A DNA stretch of 64,000 nucleotides, taken from positions 29,040,540-29,104,539 of the forward strand of contig CM119265.1 in NCBI GenBank assembly GCA_051294375.1. Direction: 5' to 3'. Source of the stretch: Paraspadella gotoi (Eukaryota; Animalia; Chaetognatha). Shown piece by piece: positions 20,371 through 62,130 of the stretch. A program made the position numbers and the translations under genes. Each line of letters begins with the position of its first letter. Position 1 is the stretch's first letter. The notes beneath the pieces are model-generated. The model ran no database searches. It was not told the DNA's origin and saw only the letters and a list, made by a program, of their open reading frames with translations.

Positions 20371-23300
20371 ACAAGTTAAATTTTAGAAATTTTTACTACG
20401 CCTTATTGGTTATAGATCTGGGTTAGTGTTAAGGAATTTGTTTCAGATTAATGTGACGGACCTAGTTTGTGATTTGGGTTAATGTTTTTGGTGAGGCAAT
20501 AGAAAAGGGGCACTCTCGGAAAAGAGAGCCCAATGTTTTATGGCTTTTTTGTAAAATTCGTTCGCCTCAAAAAAAAAAAAAATTCCTCAACTTGCATAGT
20601 TTTTTCTTTTATGTTTTTTGTGCCTTTTATATTTCATTCGCTCATATGACTTTTTTTTATTTCTTTTTTTATCGATTCATCTTCTTCAGATTGTCAGACT
20701 CTGGGATTCGAACGCTCGACTTTTCTGTCCATCGTCCGTCGCCAAAAAAAAATAGAGAAAAAAAAAGAGCATCGGGACTAAAATTCGTCCTTTGACCTCA
20801 ACTTCGAAAAAATGTTTGTTTTTTTTCCTAGTTTTCTTTGTTTCTTTTTTTTATTTAATTTAAAACAGATTTAGACGACAATTCTTATTCATTAATTTTC
20901 GTCTAATTATAATTAGTAATTTTATTACAACTTTAAAAATCAAGTACTAATTAGCAAATCAAACAGTTTTTTTTTTTTCGGAAAAAGTTAAGAGGAAGAA
21001 ACTTTAAACTTAAGCTAAAAATATTCAACGCGAAAAAAATACGAAAAAAATAAGAAGTTTACGTTTTCAAATTTAAATCAAATCAACAAGGTTAGTACTA
21101 AGCTTATGTTTTTAAATTAGTAGCGTTATATTGGTTGTACCAATTTCATTAAAATTTTTTGGTATTCAGATGTCTTTAGTGTTTATATACAATTTTGTTA
21201 AAGCTTGACACGTTTTTGCGTTTATGTATTGTAAAAAACATACAGACACTGTCACATACTCACACACAAAAACTACTAAGAGAGAGATCCTCCGGGAACG
21301 ATTGGAGTGAAATGATAACGGGTACTTCTACACGCGTCAGCAGTTGCGGTGATAAGTCCAGCCCATCGCACCTGGTGCTGGGCGTCGGCGTAAATTCTGG
21401 TAGATCCGTTTTATTCTAGGTCGCGTTGAGGAAATTCAGTCCGGCGGAATCCTGTTATTTCGTTTATAAGGATATTTAACATGGGCGAACGTGTTATTTC
21501 AGTGAGTTTAAATCCCTTTTTGTCGAGAAGGTGAGGGCATGGAGAGGTTGGTGGCGATAGTAAGAAAATGACTTGGTTGTGAAAACATCTGTAATAGTTG
21601 AGGGATGAGAGCATTGTCCCTCAATTCTTTCTGAAGTTTTGAGTGATTTCAGTTTTACATTCGACCGCCTCAAGCTTTCCTTTTTGCGGCATGGAGCTTA
21701 CTCTTGAGATGCTGAGCCAGGAATCGTTTAATTGTCCTCCTTGCGGAGAAGCACGCTTTTGGTCCACTTGAGGACGGACATTTTTCGTCCCTGTCTCTCT
21801 GAGGAGGAAGGTTCGCGTGGAGTCTCTGCGCCATATCTTCGGGTGATTTAGCAGCGTTAAGATGAGGTCGTCAACGGTACCACCAAGAAGTCGCTTTTGA
21901 TGTCCGTTCAAGTCTTGGAAGAAATCTCGTTAAGATTGCCTGCCAGCACGTTCGACGCTGTTGGACTCTCCACTCGTAGCTCTATTCATTTCCACCAGTT
22001 GTGGCCAGCTCGCGGCGAAAAAGTCCCGTGACGGCTTGCATCGTTCTGACCAGTTCACCTTTGGTAGGAAAGCAGGCGAGGATGTCTAACAGAGCATTGG
22101 ACTCATGAGGACTTATATTGTTCGAGAATGGAAGTCGAGGTTTGGGGCTCGGTGGCGTAAGTTGAGGATATTGTTCTTTTACAGATGATAGGTCGCAGAT
22201 GAGCTCTCCATTGTTTGCGAACGTTTCTATACGTTCATTCATCTTGGCCTTTAGCTATGTGTCCAGCGGTTTTTTTATAAGAAAGGGTTTGAGTAGGCCT
22301 CGTTCCTTGTTCTGGAGACGGTGCCTGCCTTCTCATCAACTTCCAGGTATCTCTTTAAACGCCGCCTTCTTTACTGCGTCTTGATTGCGCAAACTTGTTT
22401 GGGCAGATCCTTTCTGTAAACCCAAGTCTACTCTGTAGTTCCAAGAGCCTCCTCGAGTCGTTAATCGTTCGCCAAATACGTCTCTGTATTCCCCAGAACG
22501 ACTTCCCAGGACGAGGTGGCCTTTCTCTCGTCAGAGTTAGGATCCACATTTGAACGGTTTGATGAATTCTTCTTTGCCTCTAGCATCATGTTGTCATGCC
22601 TCTTTTGGCGAGCCTCCTCACGCTCGGATTTCCTCCTCTGTGGGTTTGTGTATGAATAACCTGTAGTAGCTGGGATATGCCTCCTTCTTACTTTTCTGAG
22701 AAAGAGGTTTTTCGCCCTGAAAGTCAGCCTGGACAGGTTCGGCTGTTGCTTCTGTGTCCAGGCCTAGATCCGTTTTTTGCCTCATTGTGTGAAGAGGCCG
22801 CTGCGTTAGCCCCGAGTTCACAGGTTCGGTGTTAATTTCGACGCCTCCCGACATGTTCGGTCTCCGTCGACTATCGATATAGGCCATTATTTGTCTTTTA
22901 GAGATCGATATCCATCTTGAGCCAGATGAGCGTTGTCCAGTAGGCCTTTGTGGATTGAGTTTAACTCGTTCCTTCGTTGGTCGTCGCTCGGCTTGCACTG
23001 GTAAGGCTGTTTCCCTCATCCAGCGTTTCCCCGTTGCAGCCATCTGGCGGCTTTTAGGTGCGTCGTACTTGTCCCTGAATGAGATGGTAATCGGTTTCGC
23101 CGGTCATTGAACGCAATTTGTAAATCCTCTCTCTGGCGGATGGTTTGCACCTACCCAGATTGTTCAGCTGGGCCTGGGTTGGTTACGGCAGTCCCTATGA
23201 TTGATATCCTGGTCGTTACTCAGATCAGGCCGAATATAAAATACCGTTTTCAACACCGGGCGCACTTTTGAACAACATGATCCTGAGGTCAATCCTTTCT

Positions 23301-25920
23301 GTTTAGTGTGATTGTTCCTGTGCAGTTGAACAGGCGGAGAGGACGAGCCAATGGTAAATTTTTGCTCAAAGACGCATTGTTTACAATTTTCTCGGATAGT
23401 ATTCACAGAGGCTCCAGTGTCATATAAGCAGCTTGCCTGGCACTCCTGCTATGACCGCCGGAATAGTACTGTTTTTAACCCGGAGTGAACATGGCTTATC
23501 CATATCCGTCGCCTGGGTTCTGGGCCTTTTGTCTGCCATCGATTTTTACTTGCCATTCGGTCGGGAAGGGGAGGCATGACCTTTTTCATCTTTGTGGTAT
23601 CAGGGTCTGTTGATTTGGTTGGAGGAAAATTTCGGGTTGGTGACATTCCAATTGCTACCGGCCTGATCGTGGCCTGGTGGAAGGGATCCCTGATTGTTCC
23701 CTGGCCTATTCTTTTGGTTAGGTCGGAATTTTTCCTTGTCACCAGTTTATGGTCGTAAATTTCCTGAGGTTTGGTCTTTCTCTCCTCTCTATTTGGATTT
23801 AGCCTATTTTTAGGCTTACTTGTAGGTATGTTTGTGGCGAAGGGTAAAGTTTTTGATAACTGTTGGGAGATGCGGGTGGGTCCTGGATGTTGGTGTGGTG
23901 ACCTCAAGGGAATTTTTCTCTTCATCCCTGGCAGCTCTGCGCGCGAGTTTGGCGCATGCCTGGACTGGGCATTCTGGCTTTCTTCTCGCCTGTGTCAACC
24001 GTTGGTCAGTTTTTCAACCCACTATGTGTAAAAATTTGCTCGTCAGAGCCTATTTTCCTTTGCACGCAAGTGGTTTGAGTAAGACCTGTGCATTCGTGAT
24101 GACGTAGATTTGCCCTCGTAGCTTGTGAGCAGTTTCGGCGAGGGCTTTTGTTTTTTGTTTTAGCCGAAGGAGTTGACGCCCAGTTGTTTCAATGGTTCAT
24201 GATTTTATCACCAAGCGACTTGATTAACTGCTTTTTAACTTAGCTTGTTGTGTTTCATTTTTAACTTTGTTGGTAGAGAATCCAACGGTTGTAATAGTAA
24301 CTGTTTTTCGTTTTCATCGCATTTATCGGCAGATTTCAATTTCAATTAATATAGTCAAATCTTACGATGTCTGCGGCGTCCTTCCAAATTAGGACCTTTC
24401 TTTTTCCTCTTATCTCAGCGCCAGTTGGATTTTTTTTTTCTCCAATCACGAGGTTGTTCCCGCTTTTTCTCTTGTAGTTTCCGGTCGGGGCTGCGTCGTT
24501 CCATCGACGGTCGTCAAGGGCGTTTGAAATGGCTTTCGCGGTTGGTTGGATCGACTGGCTCTCCCGAGTTCGCTTTTTCAGCTCCCTCATCATTTGCGTT
24601 TAATATTATTCAATCTTCCTGGAGGGCAAATGGAGTCTTGGTAGAAAGCGGTGGCGCTGCGCTGGGATCCTTGTCCATTTTTTTCCCTTTTGGCACCAAG
24701 GGCGTTGACTAATTTTTTCCTTGGTTGTCGTCCGAGTTGGTTTTTACCATCTTTCGGAGCGGCGGCCGTTGGCAGCTTGCTTCAAATATGCGCGCCAGCT
24801 TATATTCTATAGTTTGTCCTAATTGAGCGAAGTTTGGCCTTTTCAGTGAGCGTCCGTCCAGTTCCAGGGGTCTCGGAGGTGATGCCTGGTCGTAAGGTTC
24901 CAAGGCCTCGACGAGCAATTTGGGTACATAATCAGGAATGGAAGGCCCTGGTCCTGTCTCCCTGACGGTTTCAAAGTTCGTCCTTTGCCGCATTTTACGA
25001 GGGCGAGGCCGTATTGGCATGGACGTGAGGGTCCACGCTCGATTTTGGCCTGCAAGAGCTTCTGCGATGCTGGAAGATGAAAGCCTTACGCATAGCGGGC
25101 ACAGAGGCCCAAACCACATTGTTGTTTAGTCGTTCCGATAAACCTTGCTCGCGATTTTGGTCGGAGAGCGCGGAGGGCAAGGAAGCTGTCTGATCGACCA
25201 TATTGGTTGCCTGGAGAATCTTTGAAGGCTGCGTAAGAAGCTCCGCAGGAATTGTTCGGGGTCCTCGTAATCTCTCTCTTCTCAGTTGATGGGTTGGTTT
25301 GGAGTGTAGAAGGGAAGTGCACTACGACCCACTTTTGGCGGGGCGCTCATTCTGTGGGTGGTGGTGGGTGGTAGTCCATGCTTCGGATTTGGGATGGTTT
25401 TGTTGTTGATACTTGAAAGTCACGATTTTTCTTTTGCCATGTCCGCGTGTTTCCTTCAATCATAACTTTTCATGCATTTGAGAAGTTCTCCCATATTTGG
25501 ATCCAACTTGAACCTCGGTTTGGTCGAGACGATGATCTATCCAGGTTTGTTTTTCATCAAGTCCGTTGATTAACTTTTGACCGTTTTGTTGTTGTTTTAG
25601 GTTGTTGTCGTTTATCACCTGAGAATTTGACGAACAGCATTCAGCTTGTTTGGTCCTTCTAGGCATTGTTGTTCGGCAAGGGTCCTGTAACTTCGAAGGT
25701 GTGGAAGTCCAGTTTGCTCTCAATGCTACCGTTCCCCCTTTTCGCTTTCTCCCTTTGGGGTTGGGGAAAAAGCTTTTTTCCCGGGAGCTGTGGAGAGCCC
25801 GTTGGCGCCCGTTGGGCTGCGGAGCCGTCTTTCTTCCTGATGGCGAAGTCCATTTTCTTGAGTGGCTTGTTTGGTCTTGGTGGTAAGGCTTTTACTCTTC
25901 CTGTTGGAGTCGTGGTTTGT

Positions 25921-25939
25921 CGAATCCACTCCTGTCCCA
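25921..25939 (-). other. Primer-binding site of the Gypsy element, complementary to a tRNA-Leu 3' end
   Basis: Minus strand TGGGACAGGAGTGGATTCG lies immediately inside the 5' LTR and resembles TGGTGTCAGGAGTGGGATTCG, the complement of a tRNA-Leu(CAG)-type 3' end as I recall it. Confidence 0.7.
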
Positions 25940-25940
25940 A

Positions 25941-26282
25941 TTTAAGTAAGTAAGACAGGGGATTTTCAAATGAAACCAAAGTGGATATTTATTTCACTAA
26001 GACAAGCGCAAGACGGTGTCAGATTTGAGACAGAGTGAATCAAACGCAGAAACAAAGGCTATTTATAATGGGCAAGTAGACGAAGCAGATTCCTCTTCCG
26101 GAATCCTCCTCTTCCTCTCTGGAACTTCTCTTCCTCTTCCGGAAACTATTGTTCCTTTCTGGATTTGGCCTTCGCAAAATCCCGTTCGAATCCATTCCAG
26201 AATCTTTTGCCTCTTCCGGAAATCGGCTCTTGCCTATAATCCTTTCCTCTGTATTCCGGTTTCATTCATCTGTGATGATACA
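25941..26282 (-). repeat. 5' LTR of Gypsy element
   Basis: Direct repeat of 28177-28553. Starts with TGT on the minus strand and abuts the PBS. Confidence 0.85.
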
Positions 26283-26614
26283 TACAAGTTATATAATTTT
26301 AAACGTTTCAATTCTAAATACTTTGGGTCAAGAAAATCGTGGAAATTAAGCTTTCAAAAACGTTTGTTTTTCAATTTTTACGTTTTTTTATTATTTAAAT
26401 CTATAGTTTTACCTTTAATCTTTAAAAGTCCATAATGCGCGCGCGTCTCTCTCTCTCCGTCTTTCTCGTCTCTATCGTCTCTCTCTCTCTCTCTCTCCCT
26501 CTCTTCTCTCTCCTTCCATCCCTCTTACAGTAGACATTCTCAATGAATCAGTGAATAGGGCCATCGACATCTCTCAGGTGCTTTCCTCGAGCAGCAAATC
26601 GACTGCATCTGCTG

Positions 26615-26645
<31 letters not shown>

Positions 26646-27239
26646 CTCATCTCTCTCCTATCCGTTCTCTCTTCTTCTCTGCTCTTTTCCCCCGACATGC
26701 GACCGGCTGTCATGATCTAAGATTTAAACGCGGTTGAAGGAACATAAAAACGATGAATAACGACGGACGAATGACGATGACGACGACGATAAAGATGACG
26801 ATGATGACACATTAGCTGACATAACGACAAACATAGACGTTGGTGGTACAAAATGAAATTCAAAGGAATGAAAATTAATAAAAGGAATGAAAGCAAAGAT
26901 GAAATGAAAATAAACTAACGAGGGCATATTGTAAATTTGTAAAACCGTTGTAAAAATGAAGGTTGATTAATGATTTTTTTATAATTCTAACTACAATTTA
27001 TAGTAAAGTGAAATATCCTATGTATACGGTATGAAAATTGGTAGCAACCAATATAAAATATCCATTCATTTAATAAATAAAGCTAGTAGCTNNNNNNNNN
27101 NNNNNNNNNNNNNNNNAGTTCCCCGCCCCTCATTCTCCCTCCCTCTCTTCCTCTCCCCCCCTGCCCTCTCCCTTCCTCACCCCTCCCTTCCCCCTTCTAC
27201 CTTACCCTCCCTCAGCCTCTCCCATCCCCTTCCAAGAGA

Positions 27240-27720
27240 GGATCCTCTTTCCTTCACTTATGCACGACTTCGTGAATCTCCCCATCTCCTCCTGCTTCAT
27301 CTCCTCAGCTCTCCTCACCTCTCCTCTCCCTCACTCTTATGCAGCGTCTAGGATCCTTCTCAATCAGCCCTCCTCACTCTCTCCTCCCTCACCTTAGTGC
27401 AGCGGCGGAATCATCTCTCCTCAGCCGGCTCCCTTCCAGCCTCATCCCTCTCCCTCCACCTTATGCATGCGGCGTGAATCCATCCTCTCAGCTTCTCCTC
27501 AGCCTCTCCCTCTCCCACACCAGTTCCGTGCGGTGAATCATCTCCATCAGCCTCCTCCTCCCTTCACTATGCAGCGGCATGAATCCATCGTCCACGTCGA
27601 TCCAGCGTCCATAACTACATTCGAGCTCCGCGGCAGGAGACGTCACTCTTACGCGTTCCTCATTCGTCGTCTTTTTGAAGCGCCGGAGGAAGGGAGAGGA
27701 GCAGGAAGCGGTCTACCATG
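27240..27720 (+). repeat. Noisy tandem array whose unit contains CAG plus an ankyrin-like PLHYAA coding stretch; possible upstream ankyrin exon at the right end
   Basis: About 5-6 variants of CTCCTCAGCC..CCTTCACTATGCAGCGGCGTGAATC. CCC/CTT/CAC/TAT/GCA/GCG at about 27560-27577 encodes PLHYAA. Confidence 0.45.
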
Positions 27721-28176
27721 GTGACGTGCATGAGAGGGGGGAGAGGAGGAGGGGAGGAGGAAGTGGGAGACGGAGAAGGGGAGGAGATGGGACGGAAGGG
27801 ATGGAGAGGAGGAAGAGAGAGAGGAAGGAAGTGAAAAGGAGATGAGGGAGAGAGGAGAGGGAGGACGAGGCAAGGGGGGAGAAGAAGGTGGGACAGGACA
27901 GAAGGGAGGTGATAGTGGAAACGAGGAGAGAGGAAAGAACTAAGAAACAAATAACTAATTGGTTGATGGAAAAATAATAATTCGTACGCCAAATAAAAAA
28001 AGAACAAAGAATTTATACAGAGTTAAAGGATGTAATCTTAGAAGAAACTAATCTTGTCATATATACCATAATAGTAGTTGTCCTGTCTCCCTCTCCCCTT
28101 CCTCTCACGCCTCTCTCCCCCCCCAGTTCTATTATAATAAAATTTGTCAAAACTCTAGGTCTTGCTTTACATACCA

Positions 28177-28553
28177 TTTAAGTAAAGTAGACAGGGATTT
28201 CAACATGAAACCACAAGTGGATATTTATTTCACTAAGAACGAAGCGCAAGACGGTGTCGAAATTTGAGACAGAGTGAATCAAAGCAGAAACAGAGCGCTA
28301 TTGATAATGGGCAAGTAGACGAAGCCAGTTCCTCTTCCGGAATCTCCTCCTTCCTCTTTCTGGAACCTTCTCTTCCTCTTCCGGAAACTATTGTTCCTTG
28401 TCTGGATTGGCTCAAATCGCCTGCGAAGTATACATTTAAAGGACCGACCGAATACACCCCGTTCGAAATCATTCCAGAATCTTTTCCTCTTCCGGATCCC
28501 TCTTCCCTTAATCCTTTCCTCTGTTTCGGGTTTCAATTCATTCGTTGATTGCG
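28177..28553 (-). repeat. 3' LTR of Gypsy element
   Basis: Direct repeat of 25941-26282, preceded on the minus strand by a polypurine tract. Confidence 0.85.
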
Positions 28554-31500
28554 TCCCCACCCTCCAGAACGACCGCGTACGTGTCAGTCCGGTGCCGGAT
28601 TTGGATGGGTATGAAGATCTTATCTCGTGCTTGTTGCGCCAGTTATGTCAGTATCGGTCTTAGTGCTTGAATGTCGTGTCTTGCGGGCGTTATCGCGGCA
28701 GCAGCCCTGCCAGTACCCTCCTGGGGATGATGATGATGATGTATACCAGCAATGAGTTAGGTTGGGAGGCCTTCATGGTTTTTCTTGAAAAGAACTTATT
28801 CCTTGTTGACTTGGATTAGTCTTGAAAAAGACTTTTTGCGTTTCTTTTGGTTCCGGCGTTTTTTGATGATGATTCCCTTCTTTTGTCTGGGTTTTCCTTT
28901 GTTTGCTATTCTACGATTGTTTCTACGTTGTTTCTCTACGTCCTTTATCTGTAGTTCACAGCTGCGGCGTCTCAGTTTCAGCCTTGTGGGAGTTTGAGTC
29001 GCCTTTCTGTGCGTACTTCAGTTTTGCGCCCTCCAATTGAGACAACGGAAAGTGTATTTCCCGTCTCTTACTATGACGCCTGTGTGGCCAGAGATAGATC
29101 TCTTGACCTTGTGTGCAGCATGTTTGTCTTTCCCGGAATGACTTAAGTCTCGTCTTCGCCAGGACGTAGGTCCTCCAACCTTGATGGTTTCTGGCGGTTC
29201 CTGTACTGGTTTGTTTCGGGCAGACTGAATTAATTACAGTTAGTCCTTGATTTGCGAGATTCGGATTCTGCCTTTTCTTGCCTTTTCGGCCCCATTTTGA
29301 TGAAATCGATGAGGTTCCTTTGGTGTAATCGTCTGCCAGGTGCCTCAACGATTCTTGGTCTGTGAGCCAAATTGCACTTCCGTGGGGGACATTTCCGTCT
29401 TCCATCCGATTTATCGTGTGGCGTGAAGAAGCTTTTTTTATAACGAACATTTATTTTTGGAGGTAAAGGTAGTTGGTTCAAGCCATCTTCTCGGTTGATC
29501 CTCTTACCGCTTTTCTTTAAACGCCCTGCCGTTTCCTGCCGATGTCTCTTTCGGCTATTACGTTGTCCCGCTCCCACCTAAGACTCGCTTCCTACTGAGT
29601 GTCGAGCTAGGGTCAAGAATTCACTCCATGGCTTTTGCCATTCAATTGCGTTGCGCTCCGTCGAAGTTGATTTCATGTAGGATCCATGGTGTAGAGAATA
29701 TATTTTTGTCTAAGCTTTGCGACCGTTTCCGCATCTGCTCGGCGAGCGGGGAATGGCCCACGGTAGGCAGATGCAGTTGTCTGAGCTCTACGGGACGTAG
29801 TTGTTAGCCGTTACCAGGGGCATGAAACTCACATCTATGCTGAGGGAATTCCCATGGTGCGAATGGCCGGAGTTTGGGTGGCAGAGGGAGTTTCATTGTG
29901 TTTTTGAGTGTGGTGCAGCTCGCCTTTGCACAGTTGTCGCAATCTCTGACAACATCTTAGCTGTGCACTTGTCAGTCCTGTGGGGCCTGTGTGAGAGACA
30001 TAATTGTGCCCGCTATGAAGGCCGAGATCACGTCCTGGTGACACGAAATGGTTGTGGATCTTATTTTTGCCATTTCTTCGGCCTTATTTGGGGGACAACG
30101 ACGTTGGTTGTTTGAGTTTTGTTTTATAACCCCACTGATGATTGAGGATGCCGTTGTCCGGTTACTGTCAAGATCCGTTCAGGACTATGGGCGACGTACC
30201 TTTCAGTGAGGGAGGTTCTTTCGCTTCCCATCTTTTTGTTTAAGAATTCCTCTGCAGTCTGATCCGGTCATGTTTTGATGCTAATGCCTTACCTATCACT
30301 ATTGGTTGAGAGTTCATCTTCCCTTTGCCATGTTTTACGATGGATGCCATGGGGAGTTAGTTTTTCGTCCTTGACATTGTTGCGCACGACTCCTCCGCTA
30401 TTGCAGCTTCGTGGGCGATATCCGCTGCCAAGTGCTTGTAACCATGGCTTCATATTTGCTCCTGGCCATGTTTCGTCCACCAATTGTCCAATGCAGTTGT
30501 GTGATTTCGTGGGATCCTTTAGTTCGTTTCGCGTTATCCCTTTCTTGTTTTTCGAGGTAATATTGACGAGGTCCTGGGGAGAGCACGGTGCCTGATTCGC
30601 TGGCGACGGTGGGCATCTCGTCTTCCGCGTCGTTCGTGGATTGTCGGAGGTGGACACCTTGATCGTGTGGATCGAGGTCACCGGGGGGCATGCAGGGGGC
30701 GACTGTGGAGCTGCGTCACTGATTTAGGCTGACTTGGGCCCTTTAGTCCTGAAGATCTTTAAATTATTCTGTTTCGTTTGGCTCCCCGGTAAGATCCTTC
30801 TCATATTTGCCACCCGCTTGTTGCATGGACTTCTCTCCATTCAGGATGATTGGCAACGCCGATCATTTCGCTGAGAAGTTCGAGTTCTGGGTGCCTAGAC
30901 TCCAGTCTCTTGCGTGAGATGTTCTGATGAACGTGTCGGGGCATCTTTGGTTTGGTTTGCCGTTACAACTTTTGATTGTTTTGCCTTTTTTCGGTAAACT
31001 TTTGCGGACAAATTCGAAAAATTTGTCTGAAGCTTTGACGTCCTTCCTTGGAGAGAATTTGCGCTATGAGGGTGAGAGTGGTGCATGGCCCAGTGATCAG
31101 GTCGAAGATGCTCCGGTGACCTGGTTGTTCTTCAACAGGGTTTTCAGGCGAAGCCTGCTTCGATAGTTGCCGTCGATGTCAAATCTGCGGGGAAAAGGGG
31201 TGTCCAGAGGGGGTCACAGCCTTGATCCGTAAGCGTAGCGCTACAGTCAGAGTGATGAGAAAGTACTGTGCGGTTATCTCACTTTTCACGAGTAATCACC
31301 TCCTTTGGCTGGCGATTCTTGCGGATCTCTGTGATCCAAGCCTAAGTACGTTTGATGGGGAGAAGTTGCTGCTGTCTGCTGCATGTCCATTGATCCTCTC
31401 TTAAGATCGCTGTTTTATTCTAGCGTCGTCGTTGAGGAAATTCAGTCCGGGAGAATCCGTTTATTTCGTTTATAAGGATATGTAACATGGGCGAACGTGT

Positions 31501-33570
31501 TTTTCAGTGAGTTTAAAATTCCCTTTTTGATCGAGAAGGTGAGGCATGGAGAGGTTGGGCGTATGTAAGAAAATGATGTTGTGTAAAACATCTGTATATT
31601 GAGGGATGGCGAGCATTGTCCCTCAATTCTTTCTGAAGTTTTGAGTGATTTCAGTTTTTTACATTCGACCGCCCTCAAGCTTTCCTTTTTGCGGCATGAG
31701 CTTACTCTTGGAGATGCTGAGCCAGGAAATCTTTAATTGTCCTCCTTGCGGAGGAAACGCACGCTTCTTGGTCCATTGAGGACGGACATTTTTCGTCCCT
31801 GTGCTTCTCTGGGAGGAGGTTCGCGGCGGAGTTCTCTGGCGCCATATCTTTCGGGTGATTTAAGCAGGTTAAGATGAGGTCGTAACGTACACCAAGAATG
31901 GCTTTTGATGTCCGTTCAAGTCTTGGAAGAAATCTCGTTAAATTGCCTGCAGCACGTTGACGCTGTTGGACGTCTCCATCGGTAGCTCTATTCATTTCGC
32001 ACCAGTTGTGGCCAGCTCGCGGCCGTGAAAAAGTCGTGACGGGCTTGCATCGTTCTCGACCAAGTTTCACTTGTGTAGGAAAGCAGGCGAGGATGTTCTA
32101 CAGAGCATTGGACTCATGAGGACTTATATTGTTCGAGAATGGAAGTGTAGGTTTGGGGCTCGGTGGCGTAAGTTTGAGATATTGTTTGTTTACAGATGAT
32201 AGGCGTCGCAGATTGAGCTCTCCATTGTTTTGCGAACGTTTCTATCGTTCATCTCATCTTGGCCTTTAGCTATTGTGTCCAGCGGTTTTTTTATAAGAAG
32301 GCGTTGAGTAGGCCTCGTTCCTTGTCTGGAGGACGATGCCTGCACTTCTCATCAACACTTCCAGGTATCTCTTTAAACGCCGCCTTCTTTAACTGGTACC
32401 TTGATTCGCAAACCTTGGTTTGGGCAGATCCTCATTCTGTAATACACCAAGTCTACTCTTATTCAAGAAGCCTCCTTCCAGTCGTTAATACGTTTCGCCA
32501 AATACGTCTCTGTAATTGCCCCGAACGACTTCCCAGACGAGGTGGCTTTCTCTCGTCAGAGTTAGGATCCACATCCTTGAACGGTTTGAATGGAATTTCT
32601 TCTTTGCCTCTAGCATCATGTTTGTCATGCCTCTTTTGGCGAGCCTCCTCAACAGCCGGATTTCCCTCCTCTGTGGGTTTGTGATGAATAACCGTAGTAG
32701 CTGGATATGTCATCCTTCTTACTTTTCTGAGAAGAGGTTTTTCGCCTGATAAGTCAGCCTGGGACAGGTTCGGCTGTTCTTCTGTGTCCAGGCCTAGATC
32801 CGTTTTTTGCCCTCATTTGTGAGAGAGGCCGCTGGTTAGCCCCCAGGTTCCAGGTTCGCGTGTTAATTTCGACGCCTCCCGACAGTTGGTCTCCGTCGCT
32901 ATCGATATAGGCCATTATTTTGTCTTTTAAGATGTCGATATCATCTTGAGCCAGTGAGCGTTTCCAGTAGCCCCTGCTGGATTGAGTTTAACTCGTCTCC
33001 TTCGTTGTCTCGGCTCGGCGGATTGCACTGGTAAGCTGTTTCCCTCATCCAGCGTTTCCCCGTGCAGCCATCTGGCGGCTTTTAGGTGCGTCGTACTTGT
33101 CCCTGAATTGAGAATGGTAATCGGTTTCCCGGTCATGAAGAATTTGTAAATTCCTCTCTTCTGGCGGATGTTGCACTACCCAGATTGTTCAGCTGGGCCT
33201 GGCGTTGGTTGACGGGCAGTCCCTATGATTGATATCCTGGTCGTTACTCAGTGCAGGCCGAAATATAAAAATACCGTTTTCAACAACCCACTTTTGAAAA
33301 TAACATGATCTGGAGGTCATCCTTTCTGTTTAGTGATGATTGTTCCTGTGCCGTTGAACAGGCGGAGAGGCGAGCCAAATGGTAAATTTTTGCTCAAAGA
33401 CCATTGTTTACGAATTTTCTCGGATAGTATTCACAGAGGCTCCAGTGTCCCATATAGCAGCTTGCCCTGGCACTCCTGCTATGACCGCCGGGAATAGGTA
33501 CTGTTTTTAACGGAGTGAACATGGCTTATCCATTATCCGTCCCTGGGTTCTGGGCTTTTGTCTCCCAATC
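28177..33570 (-). mobile_element. Ty3/Gypsy LTR retrotransposon, 3' part: protease, RT, RNase H, integrase, PPT, 3' LTR (frameshifted)
   Basis: DTGA 33438-33449; FLVYV(D)DLIL at about 31875-31895; RNase H end G-x-x-N-x-x-AD-like at about 30930-30975; integrase zinc finger DVVRDCDNC at about 29929-29955 and core RPFAPWEF.SID at about 29835-29870; PPT GGAGGGTGGGGA 28565-28554; LTR 28177-28553. Domain order is PR-RT-RH-IN. Confidence 0.88.
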
Positions 33571-33626
33571 AAAGACTGGGTTAAGATAATAACCAAGGAA
33601 ATGAAATGAGTCTCTTCTCCCTTCAG

Positions 33627-62130
<28,504 letters not shown>

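Larger units (their letters stand above)
21283..26282 (-). mobile_element. Ty3/Gypsy LTR retrotransposon, 5' part: 5' LTR, PBS, gag region, protease, RT, start of RNase H (frameshifted)
   Basis: LTR 25941-26282; PBS 25921-25939; protease CLYDTGASVNTI (DTGA 23410-23421); RT catalytic (Y)VDDLIL at about 21867-21880; RT thumb SLNYYRCF..LLDKKGFKLTE at about 21500-21610; RNase H-like IYADA(S) at about 21380-21395. Confidence 0.88.
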
